64,000 nt of DNA from assembly GCA_001179505.1 (NCBI GenBank), contig CDMY01000239.1, positions 1 to 64,000 of the forward strand, given 5' to 3'. The notes beneath the pieces were generated by a model. That model saw only the letters and a program-made list of their open reading frames with translations. It did no database searches and was not told the origin of the DNA. Positions 43,806 through 57,513 of this stretch are shown one piece after another. Numbering within the stretch: the stretch's first letter is position 1; each line of letters begins with the position of its first letter. The position numbers and the translations under genes are program-made. The DNA comes from Vitrella brassicaformis CCMP3155. Taxonomy: Eukaryota > Protista > Chromerida.

Positions 43806-46016
43806 TCATGCATTCAAACGGCCGCTGAAAATCGTGTCGTTCCCGAGGCGAAAAATGTGGCTTCGCTGCAGCATGTGAGACGCGCCCGTCTCGCTGCCGT
43901 GCCCGCCGCCCATCGACGACAGGGGGGCCCGCAACCGCACACCATTTATCACCTGCAGGCCAGAAAGACAGCCAGACAGTGCAGGAAGGTCAAGATGTCA
44001 AGCTTGGTGTATGTATGGCTTACGATTTGGGGAGAGACGGTGACGATGCAGTGGTGAGCAAGCGATGCTGCCACCATGCTCGAAATGATCGAACCACCAC
44101 CTATATCCAACGCCATACATACCGCACCGCATATCAAGAAGGATGAATAACTAACTGAGTCAGTCGCCCTTCCCTCCCTTCAACAACGAGCCGATCCGAT
44201 CCGATCCTTTCGTTCGTACGTACCTTCGACCATGACACTTGTGATGCCAGCACGCCCGAGTTGCCTGAGGCCGTCAGCCAAGTCAACACGGCCGCCTTCA
44301 TCGCTGGCACACACAACGACCTCCGAGCCTGCCGCCTCCAGCGCCTGACGCCGACGCATCTTGTCATCGGACGCACCCCCCTCAAAGCCCAGCCCCGCCT
44401 TGGTGGTCAGAATGATGGGCGGTTGGCCAGACGGCTTCTCGTGCAGTAGAGCGGTGGACTGCGTGGCGTCGGCCAGGCGGAGGGACGAGTCGACAATGAC
44501 GGGCCGGGGGTGTGAGGGCTCGTCGCTGCCCGTCAGGTGCCGGCACCACCAATGGAAGGGGGACGTCACCGCTAGGCGAGTCGTCAGCCGGGGGTCGTCA
44601 CTCAACTGCATGGCATGCATCACACAACACAACATACCACAGACAGAAACCACACAACCTCGTTCGTACATACAAACTTCGCCTTGGCATATCTGTCTCT
44701 CCCTCTACTGACTGACTGACTGACCACAGTGCCGACTCCCACGAGTATGGCGTCGTGGATGCCCCGAAGAGAGTGGGTCATCTGGTGGGCCAGCGGACCA
44801 CTCAGACCCAGCGGCATCGCAACACCACCCGCACCCCACACACCAATGCTCCCACACACGCTCTGCGCATACGTCAGCAAACAAAAGGGCAGCTTAACCG
44901 CTGCCGCCGTCTGGCCATCTCGAGGTTGGTCAGCCGCGGCCCGCAGCACCTCTCGCTGCCTGGTCGTCAGTTGCTGCAGCATCCGGAAGGCGTCCTTGAG
45001 CTGCCGCCGCTCCCTCCCATTGAAGCGACGCACCAACCTGGGGTGGGATGGGCGAACTGCTGCTGCAGGGGCGGCCGCACTGTCGGAAGACTGCTGGTGG
45101 GTGTGGTGCTCGTGGTGGCTGCAGGTCCCATCATGCGTGTGGTGGTCGTGGTGGTGGTGGTGGTGGTGGTTGGGCAGCAGGTGTCCCATGCGGCGCATCT
45201 TGGTGTCAAGGTAGCCCTTGTTGACAGCATTAGGGGGGATCACTATCGGAACGCGGCCGCGCACATCAACACCCGTCTCACGAATCTTCTCTGCACATTC
45301 ATTGCATGCAGACATTGACACACGCGGAGCACACGACAAGACACCCATGCATCAAGTCAGTCAGCAGGATATGATGCCTTCCTTCGTTCCCGGCTCGTGG
45401 CTAACGTACGTATTTTGTATGGGTTGTTGGTGACGAGGCGTACGGACTGAACTTGCAAGTCTCTGAGTATGGGGGCGACGCACTCGTATCGCCTGGCCTC
45501 GGCGGGCAGTCCCAGGTGCAGGTTGGCGTCGACTGTGTCGAAGCCCTGCTCCTGCAAGCCGTAGGCAGCTATCTTGCGCGCTAAACCGATGCCGCGACCC
45601 TCCTGCTGGAGGTAGATGACCACACCCTGACCGATGCCCTCCTTGAAGTACTGAAGGGACCGGTGCAGCTGGGCCCGACAATCACACTTCAGGCTGCCCA
45701 AGACCTGCACACACAGACAGACAGACAGTCGGCTGGTGTGGTGTTGCAGTCTCATGTATGCAATGCATGTGTGTGTGTGTGTGTGTGGGTGTGTGTCTGT
45801 ACCTCGCTGGTCCAACATTCGTCGTGGACTCGTAGGGGAACCTCGTGAAGCTGCTCGCCAGTCTCTTTCAAGCCGTCCACATCCACGCCGACTACGATGG
45901 CGATTGCCTCCTTGGTCATCCGCACATCAGTCCGACCGCTGTCGGCATCCACACACGACATCTCATACTCATACGCACGCAACAACATGTCACCTGCAGC
46001 CCAGCCAACGCAAGGC

Positions 46017-46052
<36 letters not shown>

Positions 46053-46510
46053 GAATGTAATTAATGTCCATCCATCAACCCTTACGTCTTCTCCCTGCCC
46101 TTGCCCTGCTCCAGCTGACCGTGTTCGGTGGGCAGGTTTGTGCTGCCGATGAAGGTGACTTTAGCCTCATCAGCGGAGCTGGCGAGTGCCCGCCACTTGG
46201 TGGACCACTCGAGGCCGTGATGGGATGGGCTCACTCTGTAGGACCCTGGTACGGCCGAAGAGCTTTGCCCGAACACGACGCTGCCGCTCCTGCTGCGCAC
46301 CCCCAGGCTGTCGGGGGCTGTGCCGCTGTCGCCGACGAGTCGAACGGGTTGGTGTGAGTTTGCTGCATGTTCCTCTTCGAGTTCGTACACCTCCACTCTG
46401 GTGGCAGCTGCGGCACTATCGGCGGCAATCGACACCACTGTATGTGTACATGTCGACCGGGTGGCATACACCTGGCCAGCGGCGACAAAGCCCCTCTTGC
46501 TGCGAAACAT
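43806..46510 (-). CDS. ribA: Fusion of GTP cyclohydrolase II (RibA) and pyrimidine reductase (RibD C-terminal / Rib7-like), joined by a His-rich linker
   Basis: GCH II motifs: [19 protein letters not shown]|[62 protein letters not shown]. Reductase motifs: [63 protein letters not shown]|GG, LGND. TGA at 43806-43808. Confidence 0.9.
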
Positions 46511-46544
46511 CGTTGGGTGGGAGGCGAGAGCTGCCTTAACATCT

Positions 46545-46589
46545 CCGTGAAACCGCTCTGTCCTTTAACACTTCGTGAAACCGCTCTCT
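46545..46589. promoter_or_regulatory. Candidate promoter motif CGTGAAACCGCTCT, two copies, in the ribA-fusion / PIG-A bidirectional promoter
   Basis: Copies at 46546-46559 and 46574-46587; the same 14-16-mer occurs at 63621-63637. Confidence 0.5.
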
Positions 46590-46743
46590 GTAGCTGTGAA
46601 GTGTCCTTTCTCCCTTGCAAAGGAGGAGGGAGGCACCGCACTTTGCTGAAGGCTGCATCGATTTGAGCCTAGCGCTGCCCAAAGTCGACGAAATCTGCCA
46701 GATCTCAGTCAGTTTGCAAACGCCTTGCAGGCAGCTGTGCAAG

Positions 46744-49595
46744 ATGGGCAGGGCGGTTGGCGTAGCGATGGTGTCTGACTTCTTCTACCCATCCAAGGTA
46801 AGTCATTTCATCTCACTAATGAATTCACTCATTCCCATTGATCTGATCTGTCTGCGGACTTGTGTGCCTCCCTCTATCTTCATCGGCAGGGCGGTGTAGA
46901 GATGCACGTCTACCAGCTGTCGCAGTGCCTGATGAAGCGCGGCTTCAGAGTGATAGTCATCACCCACGCTCGCGGCCCCTACCGAGGTGTGCAGTGGATG
47001 CCCAACGGCCTCAAGGTCTACTACCTCCACTACAGGGACGTGGTCGACAACGTCATACTGCCTACCGTCTTCATGACCCTCCCCGCAGTCAGACACATAC
47101 TGCTTCGCGAACATATCGACATTGTCCACAGCCACCAGGCAACCCAACCACAGCACGGCACATGACACCAACACAGAGACTCAGACAGACAGACAGACAG
47201 ACAGACAGGGATGGAATGGCGGGTCGGGTATGTGCCACGCATATACGGTGATGGATGGATGGATGTGTGTGTGTATTGGTTCCTTCCTTGCTTCACCCCG
47301 CCCCACCCCACCCCCACAGGCAACGTCTCCGTTGGGGCACGAGTGTCTGATCCACGCGCGTACCCTGTCGATGTACAACCGGTACAGCCACGATACACTC
47401 GGCGATGGCGGCAGTGAGCCCCACGAGTACCGCATTGTCTACACAGACCACTCCCTCTTCGGTTTCGCTGATGTCGCCGGCATTCACATCAACAAAGTCA
47501 GGGGCAGGGTCAGGGTCAGGGTCAGGGAGGGAGGAGTGGGCGGCACACAGACAGACACCACACTATCCATACCGTCCTGTCGGGTATGGTGCTCGCTGCT
47601 GGTGTGTATGTTAGGTGATATCTCTGTTGCTAAGTGACGTGGATCACGCCATCTGCGTGTCGCACACCAACAGGGAGAACCTCACTCTCCGCTCGGGCAT
47701 CCCACCACGCAGGATCGCCGTCATACCAAACGCCGTGGTGAGTCGGTGGGCTGTAAATGGGGGAGGGGCAGCCCTCGTGTGTGATATGGCTCGTGTCAGG
47801 ACGCCCATCGTTTTTCGCCGGATCCGTCGATGCGTCCCCCGCCCCCACGGGTGAACATAGTGGTCATCAGCCGACTCACATACAGAAAGGTAACATAACA
47901 ACAAAAGTCAGACAGACAGACAGACAGACAGACATACAGACAGACAGACAGGCAGGCAGGGAGGCAGGCAGGCTAGATACTGGGCTGCCGCACACTGACT
48001 CGTGGACCCACCCACCCACCTGATTCTACGCGTCTGTCTGTGTGTGTGTGTGTCTAAGTAGGGCATCGATTTGCTGGTGGATGTGATTCCGGCCATCTGC
48101 GAGCAGTTCCCCAACGTGCACTTCATTATCGGTGGGTGGTGTGGTGATATCAAATCAGCACACCACACCACACCACACCAAACCACCAAATGCAGGCAGT
48201 GAATGGATGAATGCAATGCAGCTGTGCTGTGTGTGCGCACGGCTGGTTCTCTGTGCTGTTGTGTGGTGTGCAGGTGGTGACGGCGGGAAGCGCACCATAT
48301 TGGAGGAGATGCGGGAGGAACACCGACTCATCGACAGAGTCGAAATGCTCGGTAGACAGACAGACAGACAGACAGACAGAGGGGGGTAATTGGTCGCCTG
48401 CTATCCTATTTGGTTGCTGCTGCTGTGTGTGTGTGTGTGCGTGTGACGTCATCCACATTCCCGTCTAAACGTACGTGCAGGTGCAGTGCCCCATTCCCAG
48501 GTGCGTGACATTCTTCGTCGGGGTCACATATTCCTCAACTCGTCCCTCACAGAGGCATTCTGCATCGCTATCATAGGTCTGGGAACCCGGTGTCCGGCCG
48601 GCCGGCCGGCCGGCAGCCAGACAGAGAGCCAGCCACCAGCCCCGACCGGCGGTGCCATCCATTATGATGTGTGCATGTGCGTGTCTGTCGTCTGTCTGTG
48701 TCTGTGTTGTCTGTAGAGGCTGCTGCGTGTGGTCTGTTGGTCGTGTCTACCAGAGTGGGAGGCGTCCCCGAGGTAGGTGGTGGTGGTGAACCACCGGCCG
48801 GATAGATGGCAGACAGGATGTCTGTCCGTCCGTCGGTCCAACCAACACTGACCCCGTCTGTCTCCCTCGGTGTGTGCAGGTGTTGCCTGAGGACATGATG
48901 CGTTTGGCTGAGCCGAATGCCGCCAGCATTGTGGGTGTGCTAGGGGAGGCCATCCACCGCGCACCCAACATCGACGCATTCGAACACAACAGACAGGTAG
49001 GGACATACCAAGCTGGCTGGCTGGCTGGGTACCTAGGTAGCAGACTCACAGCGCAGCAAATAGAGCCTGGCTGCGCATCACGTGATGCGGTCTGTCTCTC
49101 GTCAGATCCTGGGCATGTACTGCTGGCACGACATCGCCGAAAGAACAGTCAGTGTGTAATGTACCTACGTATACATACGACCACAGCACAGCACGGCACG
49201 GCACGGCACGGCCCACGTGTGTGTGATTACATACACACATAGATGAAATAAATGAGTGCCTCGTGTGTGTCGCTTTTCGCTGGCTGCGCTGCGGGTCTTG
49301 GCTGTGGTGTGGTGTGGTGTGGGTGCAGGAGGCGGTGTACCGTCGTGTGCTGGGCCGGCGGCCACGCAGTTTCGCCTCGCGTGTCAGACTGTACAAATCG
49401 CTCGGCGCATACTCAGGTAAGTGCCTAAGGGCATACATACATACTTGCACCCAGCCAGCCCAGCCAGACCATGTATGTATCAACCTCCCTCGCTTGGTTC
49501 CGTGTATGTCTGCAGGCACCTTGGTTGTGTTTCTGCTTTTGGTCAATTACTTGCTGCTCAACGTGCTGGAGTGGTGCCGGCCCAGGCGGAAATGA
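46744..49595 (+). CDS. PIGA: Phosphatidylinositol N-acetylglucosaminyltransferase subunit A (GPI anchor biosynthesis)
   Basis: MVSDFFYPSK|GGVEMHVYQLSQCLMKRGFRVIVITH, NGLKVYY, DIVHSHQ, YTDHSLFGFAD, ICVSHTNRENL, VIPNAV, KGIDLL, FIIGGDG, IFLNSSLTEAFCIAI, STRVGGVPE|VLP. Confidence 0.95.
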
Positions 49596-49924
49596 TATCT
49601 ATCGACAGACAGCCAGCATCCGACCCGTTGCTTCCTTCCCTGCTGCCTTAATTGCCTGGACCAGTGTGGACCGGACGACCTGTGTACTTAGTGTACATAC
49701 ATACATACATACGTACATACATATCCACGTGGATCGGATGAGTCACCGGTGGTATGTACATATGCCGACAGCCCAGCCAACTCAATTCATTCATGGATCC
49801 AGACATACATACATTACATACATGAGTATATCATATGCACATGCTGGACAAGCAAGTGTCCGAGCGTATGTAAGTGATGGTTGGTGGATACATGCATTCA
49901 TTCATTGATTGGTTCATAACTTAC

Positions 49925-52900
49925 TCATTCCATGAAGTTGTCTTGGTGTTCGCCCTCGAGGTTCGAGGGGCTGGAGCTGTAGTCCAACCGGAACGCCGTG
50001 CTCATCTTGTCGGACTGACACTCTACCAACTTCAAATTCGCACCTGCAGGCCAGCCACGACACACATGAGGGAGGGAGGGAGAGAGGGAGGGAGGACACA
50101 GTACAGTACACGCACACTCGCCCGCCCCACCAGAGGGAAAACTCCAGTCAGCATACCTTTCTGAAGTTCCAGAGCGGATCACGAAATGACAAGAGACATC
50201 ATCGACATACACACAAACAGGTCGCGGAAACGGGTGCACATCCATCCATTCGCAGACAGAGTGTGCCTAGCTCGTTGTCCTGGCTGATTGGTGGGCTGGT
50301 TGCTGACCAGGTCGCTGCCCGATGCGTTCTCGATAGGAGAAAGACAAAACCACGTGCTGCCTGCACCCATCCATCCATCCATCCATCCATGGAGCAATCC
50401 AATCCATCCCGCCCGCTCGTTCTCCCATTTGCATGCCCACCGATCAGCAGCGTCTTTGAGTCTGGTTGCGAGTGTGTGCCGGTCCGGGGAATGGCCGTAC
50501 CAGAAACCCCACACCTGCACACACGCATGACGCATGACGGATGGATGGGACACAGATGGCCCGCCCGGGCCACGTCGTGTCTCGATGAAACCGATACATA
50601 TATAATGCAAAGGTACATACATACCTGGTTGAATCTCCTGAATACATGCATCCATGCCCCATGTCGGCCGGACAGCCAAGCCAACAAAAGGGTGATTTTC
50701 GTGTGTGTCTCGCCATTTGTCATTGTGTATGTCATTGTGTGAGTTCGCTTACACTTCCTTGAATGGTGCTGGTGGTTCGTTGAGGAGCCAGGTGGGGTTA
50801 GAGGTGGTCTCGTCCTGGGTGTTGCACGGCATGACCCTCATGCTGCATGACTCCTGACCCCTACACACGTGTACACAGCCAACAAATCAACAAACAACCC
50901 AGACAAGAGACAGATAAAGACACCGTCCGTCGAGAGTGCCAAGACGGTGTGGGGTGGCGCGTGTGGCGCTCTTGTTGTCTGTGTGTGCCTGCATCTGGCG
51001 GCGTCGATGCAAGTATTGGCTTCGGGGGCCGGGGGGCTCTCGTCGCTCTCAGACACCTTGCTCAACGAATACGATAGACACTTGTTCATCTCTGGTCGCA
51101 CGCACAAGCAGGGTGAATAAATCACTCAACCGTGTGCGCGTGTGTGTCGCCCACCATGGCATAGATGGGGTGTGTATGTGTGTGTGTGTGTGTGAGTGTG
51201 TGAGTGTAGAGTACTGACTGTCGAGAGTTTCGACTCTTCTGAGCTGTCCCAGGTTGGGCATCCAAGCGAAGGTCTGCGACAGCTGACCCGACTGACACGG
51301 CTCCAACACCGCATCCTACATAGACGCCACGCCAAGCCACGCAAACAGCCAAGTTGGCCCCCTCATGAGTTGCAAGGAGGGCGTCATAAAATGTGTCGTC
51401 GGTTTCCCACCGACCCACCGCGGCGTCTCTGCCATTTTGGTCGCTGCGATTGTCCGTCACACACCATTTGCGGCCGCCAAAAGTAAGGGCCACACGAACC
51501 ACTAGGTGCATCCATCCGGCCAGCCAGCCATCACACACACATGCCATCCCATCCAGACCAAAGACGTGTTCCTGTCGGTATATACGTATGGTGGAGGAGA
51601 GGAAGTCTGCGTTGTAGGTGTCAGGTCGTATGAATGGCGTGGGGTCGGCAGCCAACAGGTAGCTCCCACTCGTACCCTTGACATACGAAAAGTGACCTGA
51701 TAATAATGAGATGATGAGATAGATGAATGAACCCTTGACAGACCATTTATTCTATCAACCAACCACACAGCCACAACACAACCACCCAGGCAGCCAGCCA
51801 GCCAGCCGCGCACAAGAGAGACATGGTGTATATGTGATACGTATGTACGTATGCATGTGCTGTGTCTTTGCCTGCCTGCCTGCCTGTCTGCCCCAGCCCC
51901 CGTCCGTCGAGCGGCTCACCGACCGGGTGCGAGTTGCACTCTGTTGCTGTCGAAGTGCTGCTCCGAATCCCACACCTTCTCGGCGGGGTCATACAACCAC
52001 TGCACACACCAGACAGTCAGGCAGGCAAGCAGGGAGGGAGGGAGAGAGGGAGATAATCAGGCATGCATGGCATGGCATGCATGACAGGCACATACATACA
52101 TACGGCGACCCGACCAGCCACCCCACCCGTTTGTTTACTTACCTTTGAGAGGCCAGTGAGGTCATTGGATATCTCTGCAGCCGGCCAGGCAGGACACACA
52201 TGAAGCGAAGCGATGCATTGAGGATGAAACGATTCGTTCTTGTCGCCCTGGCTGCGGTGTGTGTGGTGTAGGTACTTTGTTCGTTGCCGGCATCATTTTC
52301 TGAAGCGACTCTGGTGACAGCGACTTTGGTGATGTTGATGCCGCTGCCGTCGACGATTGTCTGGCTGCCCTTAGACAGCTGCTTGGCAGCCACCTCCAGC
52401 CGAAAGGGCTTTGACTGAGAGGCCAGCTGCTTCAATTGCGCCCCGGTGTTCTGCGTCGTCTCAAATCCTACCGTGCATCCTGGACTCACAGTATACATAC
52501 GCCACACACGTGAAGTGTACATATAACTATCTAGTAGACCTTGTACGTACAAGGTGTGATTGATGCGAATGAATGTTGTGAGGGTGTTTGTATGCACAGT
52601 TCACGTGTGTGTATCAGGCTGCCTGCCTCAAGTAAGTGGTTTGGGTGCTGGCTGACCAGGGTATACGGTGAGAGTGATGGTTGATTTGAAGCAGAGGGGC
52701 GGCAGGTCAGCGCAGTTCTGGTCCTCATCCTGTTCGGGGTTCTTGCTGCCCGGCACCCAGATACCCGGACCAAACTCATACACACTCGAGTCGCTCCGAA
52801 CCTCAACTAGTCACACACACACATATATACAGCAGTGCATGCAGACACTTCACAGTCAGTCAGCCCCCATTCAATGGGGTGTGGTGTGTGGCTGTGTGTC

Positions 52901-53505
52901 TCCCTCCCTTAGCGTACGTACGTACCGCAGTGTGGGAGTGCGACCTTAGGTCCGCCGACTGAGTCCTTGACTGGTACGCCCCTCTGGCCGCAGTCGAATG
53001 GCGGGCTGCCCTTTGGCTCGGCCTCAAGGGGGATCTTGAGCACCTTGGTCAACAACCCTGGTTGGCACTCGGGCGTGCTGGCATGTCAGAACCCGGTATC
53101 TGAATCGCTGATGGCAAAGCAAGCCACACAGACAGGTACAAACAATACATACAGCGAGGAAGGAATGAAGGAAGACTCAGTGACGACGGCAATGTATGAT
53201 GACAGTGCAGTGAGGCAGTGCTCCTCGAGTGACTGCATTCCCTGAGGTAGGTAGGTATCTGGCCCACAGACTTCAAAAGCGTTGTCTTTGACGTTCATTC
53301 TCTGGTAGTCGGTGACGAGGTCCTGCGGCTCGTCGTCTCCCCTCATGCGATGATAGTGACCGCTGTGCAGCCGAACCAAACGCCCCTGGCTGCTGGTGCC
53401 ACTCGCAAGGGCCACCTGCCCATACGATGACACGTCCACCTCAATCGCCGCACTGAGGCTCACAACGGACCATGCGATGTAGGCCAACGACACGCAAGAG
53501 AACAT
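49925..53505 (-). CDS. Secreted multi-exon protein with possible ricin-B-like lectin subdomains
   Basis: Signal-like MFSCVSLAYIAWSVVSLSA (ATG at 53505). Later exons encode VLEPCQSGQLSQTFAW..GQLR, MRVMPCNTQD..NPTWL and NLKLVECQSDKMSTAFRL. TGA at 49925-49927. Several internal splice phases are unresolved. Confidence 0.5.
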
Positions 53506-53601
53506 GGCGGACGTAGGGGAGGGGGCGGAGGGAATAGGGCCCCGAATTGTTGTAAACTTTGACGCACTCATGACCTGGGCCACGTGGTGCCCCTCATATA
53601 T

Positions 53602-56600
53602 TCATTGATTGCATAGCAGGAAGGTGCCTGCAGTCATCTCACTCCAAGTTCTCTTTTTCCCCCGTCTCCCCGCCGCCGCCGAGATCTGGATGCACGACTG
53701 AATGGGGTGGCCAGCCCCAACCCGACCCCGCCGCACCACCACTTGGTACAGCGGCTCCTCGTGAATGCGGGGCGATCCAGTGCTGACGTCACCACTAGGA
53801 GACGCAGCAGGGCTGGTGCTGGGTGGGACAGCCGCTGCTGCAACGGGCGCTCCTGAAGCTTGCGGTGTGGTGTCGGGTGTCTCTTGAACTACCGCGGCAT
53901 CTGGCAACCAGCACAATGCCATCAATCACTGCAGGAATGAATGTTTGTGGGGATGGATGGATGGCGTGACAGATAAGCAACTCACGTGGTGTAGGCTCGG
54001 CTGCTGCGTGTGGCTCGGCGTACTGATCCAGCTGCACGTGCGCATCGTCAACGTCCTTGAGAGCCCCCTGCAGTGAATGAAGTGTCGCAGGCAAGGGCAC
54101 AGCCAGGGAAGGGACGGATGGTCGAAGTGCAGCCAGGCTGCATAGATCAGCACCTGGATGACTTGAAGCATCGATGCGGCGTGCCTCCGCACAGCAGCGG
54201 GGGTCGGCTTGATGGCAGTCATCAGCTCGGCGCTGCTGGACGGGGCCTGATCACACACATACACGCACACATACGCACGAGCATGCACGCAACAGCAATA
54301 CGCACATCCAACCAGCTAGTATGTATGTATGTATGTATGTGCTTTGCTCTGAGCGACTGGTTACCGACCACTTTGGCTATCCTGAAGAGTTGGTGGTCCT
54401 GCAGAATGGCGTGGGGCTGGTCGTCCTCCGCCCTCGCCATCTCGTCACGCCATCGCACCAGCGCAAACTGCACAACACACACACACACGCACCGACACGA
54501 CACAGATGTCAGTCAGTCGACCAACTGATGAATCGATACATACATACGCATGTGTCCGTCCGCACACCCAAGCCAAGCCAAGCACCCTTCCGACCGCCCG
54601 ACCGACCGACCAGTGTGAGGTATGACTGCATCGACAAGCCTCCGAAATGCGAGGGGCCCTTGTTGGTGGAGGGCGCCGTGGGCAAGCGAGACAGCATGCG
54701 AGCAACATCACGACTAGGGTCAGCCGCCTCGTCAACATACGAACTACCAGTACACACCCACACAACCCACGTGACACGCGCCTCGGTGCGATGTCTGTCT
54801 GTCTGTGGGTGCGTGGTGGCCTGGCTGGCTGGCTGGCTGGCTGGCTGACTTGGCAGCGATGTCACAGCTCCTGATGAGTGTCTGTGAGAGGAGGGTCCTC
54901 GGTGCGGCCTTGTCCTCCACCGCCCGCTGGATGAGCTCATTTTTGAGGACGGAGAATATGTAGATGAGGTAGTGGGTGTCCCCACGCGCATACTCTACCA
55001 TTGATGGGGTCAGAGGCCTGTTGGCCAACGCAACCCAACGCAACGCAGACAGATAGACAGACAGACACGTGGGCGGCCACAGTATACGCAATGCAATGCA
55101 ATGCATCCATTGCAGGCACCCTCCACCAATCAATCTATGTCGCGTGTGTGTGTGCCTGGCTAATTCATTCACCTCCTTCGCCAGTCGGCGAGTTGGTGTG
55201 ACTTGTCGGCCTTGACGCGACAGTAAAACTGGAGCAGATTCGCCAACGAGTAGCCTCCGGGCAGCTGCAGTACCCTGACCAAGACAAACACACACGCCAC
55301 ACAGCAGTGTGTGTCTTCCTTGTCGATAGATGTGCCTGACTGACTGATACACATACATACGCGCTAGATAGAAACAGGCGGACACGTAGACGCCCCGACC
55401 TCAGTCAGTAGTGTAAGTCACCTGGCGGCCTGTCCGGTGTCGAACATGTTGACTACATAGACGCTGAAGTCACGCTGCAGCCACAGGACGTCGTTGTCGG
55501 CCCCATGGAACTGCACAAGGGAGGTAGGTACACTCCACACCACACCACAGGACAGGCAGGCATCCATTTATCCATCCATTGAGTGAGACAGACAGGCATT
55601 CAGTGAGGCTCTCTCCCTCCCTCCTGGCTTCTCATACGTACACTAAGTACATGCAATGCAATGCAACCATACATACCATACACACACTGACTGGCTGACC
55701 ACTTTGAGTATTGCAGGGTCTGCAGTGACCTCGTTGAGGGCGTGCACCTCCTCGAACATATCGAATGGGTCGATGATGTAGTCACGATCACTGCGTCAGT
55801 GACGCCCACACACACACACACAACCAGACACACGCACAGCTGGCTGACGGGGGGGGGCTGGGTTAACTCTTCGTTCGTGTGCCTGTCTTGTCTCTTCTGT
55901 CTGTCAGAGTGTCTGGCTGGTGTTGTTTGGTTGGTGGCTTACGTGGTGGATATCTGTATGAGGCACGTGTAGCCACGGAAGGTCTGACGAGTCTGCAGTC
56001 ATCCATCCATCCATCCATCCATGAGTGATTGTACAGGTACGCACATTTGCATGCCAGCCATACCACCAACATGGATGGAGTGAGCCGTGCATGTGACTAT
56101 CTATGGTTGGCTCCCTGCCCTCCCGGCATGCCCTGTGTGCGACGTGGCCATGCTTACTGTGTGCTCCAGGTCGACAGATATGATCTTGGGCACCGCTGAC
56201 ACACGCGCACACACAAAGACACATGTCCCCGGGAGTCACACAGTCCCTGTCGCTCTCCCTTGCTCGTGTCTGTCGGTCAAGTTTCTCCCTCCCACACTGA
56301 CTGACTGACCGGTTTTGATGTCTTGTATCATGTCCTTGAGTTCATCCTCGTTGGTCACAAACACCAGCGGCGTCGCGTCCAGCGGCTTGGCCACGTGCAA
56401 ACCATCCTCCCCCTCCCGCAGCAGCTCCTCGTGGACTTTGACATCTGCCGGCCCCTCACCACCCCCGGCGCTCTGTCTGCCCTGCCACCTCATATAGCTC
56501 TTCTTGAGCTCCTCGACCTCCACCTCATATGGATGCGGCAAGGCCACACCACCCCCAGGCCGACTGGTGGCCTGGGGGGGACCGACGCCATCCTTCTGTG

Positions 56601-57513
56601 CGGCACAGTCTTGCGGCGGCCATGTGTTTGCTTCCCTCTGGGCGTCGAGGATGGCAGGCTGCAAGGGTGCAGTCGCGTGGTGCTTGAACAGCAGACGTGG
56701 CACGAAGCGAGGCCTGTAGTTGTCTATCAGAGGGCTCCATGCCTGCTGCGGACGGTTGTCCCTCCGGTCAACAGCTTGCTGGGATGCCGGCACACCGCCA
56801 TCGGAACCAGCCCCCACTCGCATGCCGCCTGATGGAGAGGAGAGAGGCAGGTTCCCCTCTCTCTTATCCTCTGGCATGTTTGGTGGAGCAGGTGCGGGTG
56901 GGGTCATGGGGTGGTCTTCCAGGGCGTCGATCCTGTCGAGCACCTCATCAAGGCCGTCGGTCACCATGCTGTACTGGCCATCACCACGGGTAGCGGCACC
57001 AGCAGTGGAAGTGGCAGTCGGGGCCGCGAACGACACAAACCGACTGCAGGGGTGGAGAAAGGGAGGCACACACAGAGAGATATATCGTTGGCCTGCAGGC
57101 ATCCATTAATGCCGCCTGCGCTGCACTCACCGCAGGAACTGTTCGATGGAGGTGGTCGCCTCGTGCAACCCCGACACCAGCCGCATATCACCATCTGCCA
57201 AACATTCACTCACTTGTGGTGTGGTCGTCATCCATACACAAACCTGCCTAGCAATGCAGTCACATCACATCTCTCTCTGACCGTCCTGGATGGCATTGAC
57301 ACTCCTGACGGCAGCTGCATCAATCAACCAGTGACATCCATCCATCCATCGATGCAGGCAGGCAGCCAACATGAATGAGTTAAGCATCCAATGGCATCCA
57401 TCCCTCCTTGCTGGGCTGCCAAGCCCACCTGCGAGTCGTTTGGTCAGCCCGTCAGCGAAGGAGCCCTCCTCACCTCCCTCGTCCAGCACAGAGATGCATC
57501 GACTACCGCTCAT
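53602..57513 (-). CDS. RRP6: Exosome 3'-5' exoribonuclease RRP6/EXOSC10 (PMC2NT, DEDDy exonuclease, HRDC)
   Basis: ATG at 57513. Motifs: VTDGLDEVLDRID (end of PMC2NT), LPHPYEVE, SVDLEH, TFRGYTCLIQIST, DYIIDP, FHGADNDVLWLQRDFSVYVVNMFDTGQAAR, YSLANLLQFYC..DKSHQLADWR, YARGDTHYL, and HRDC WRDEMARAEDD. Confidence 0.93.
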
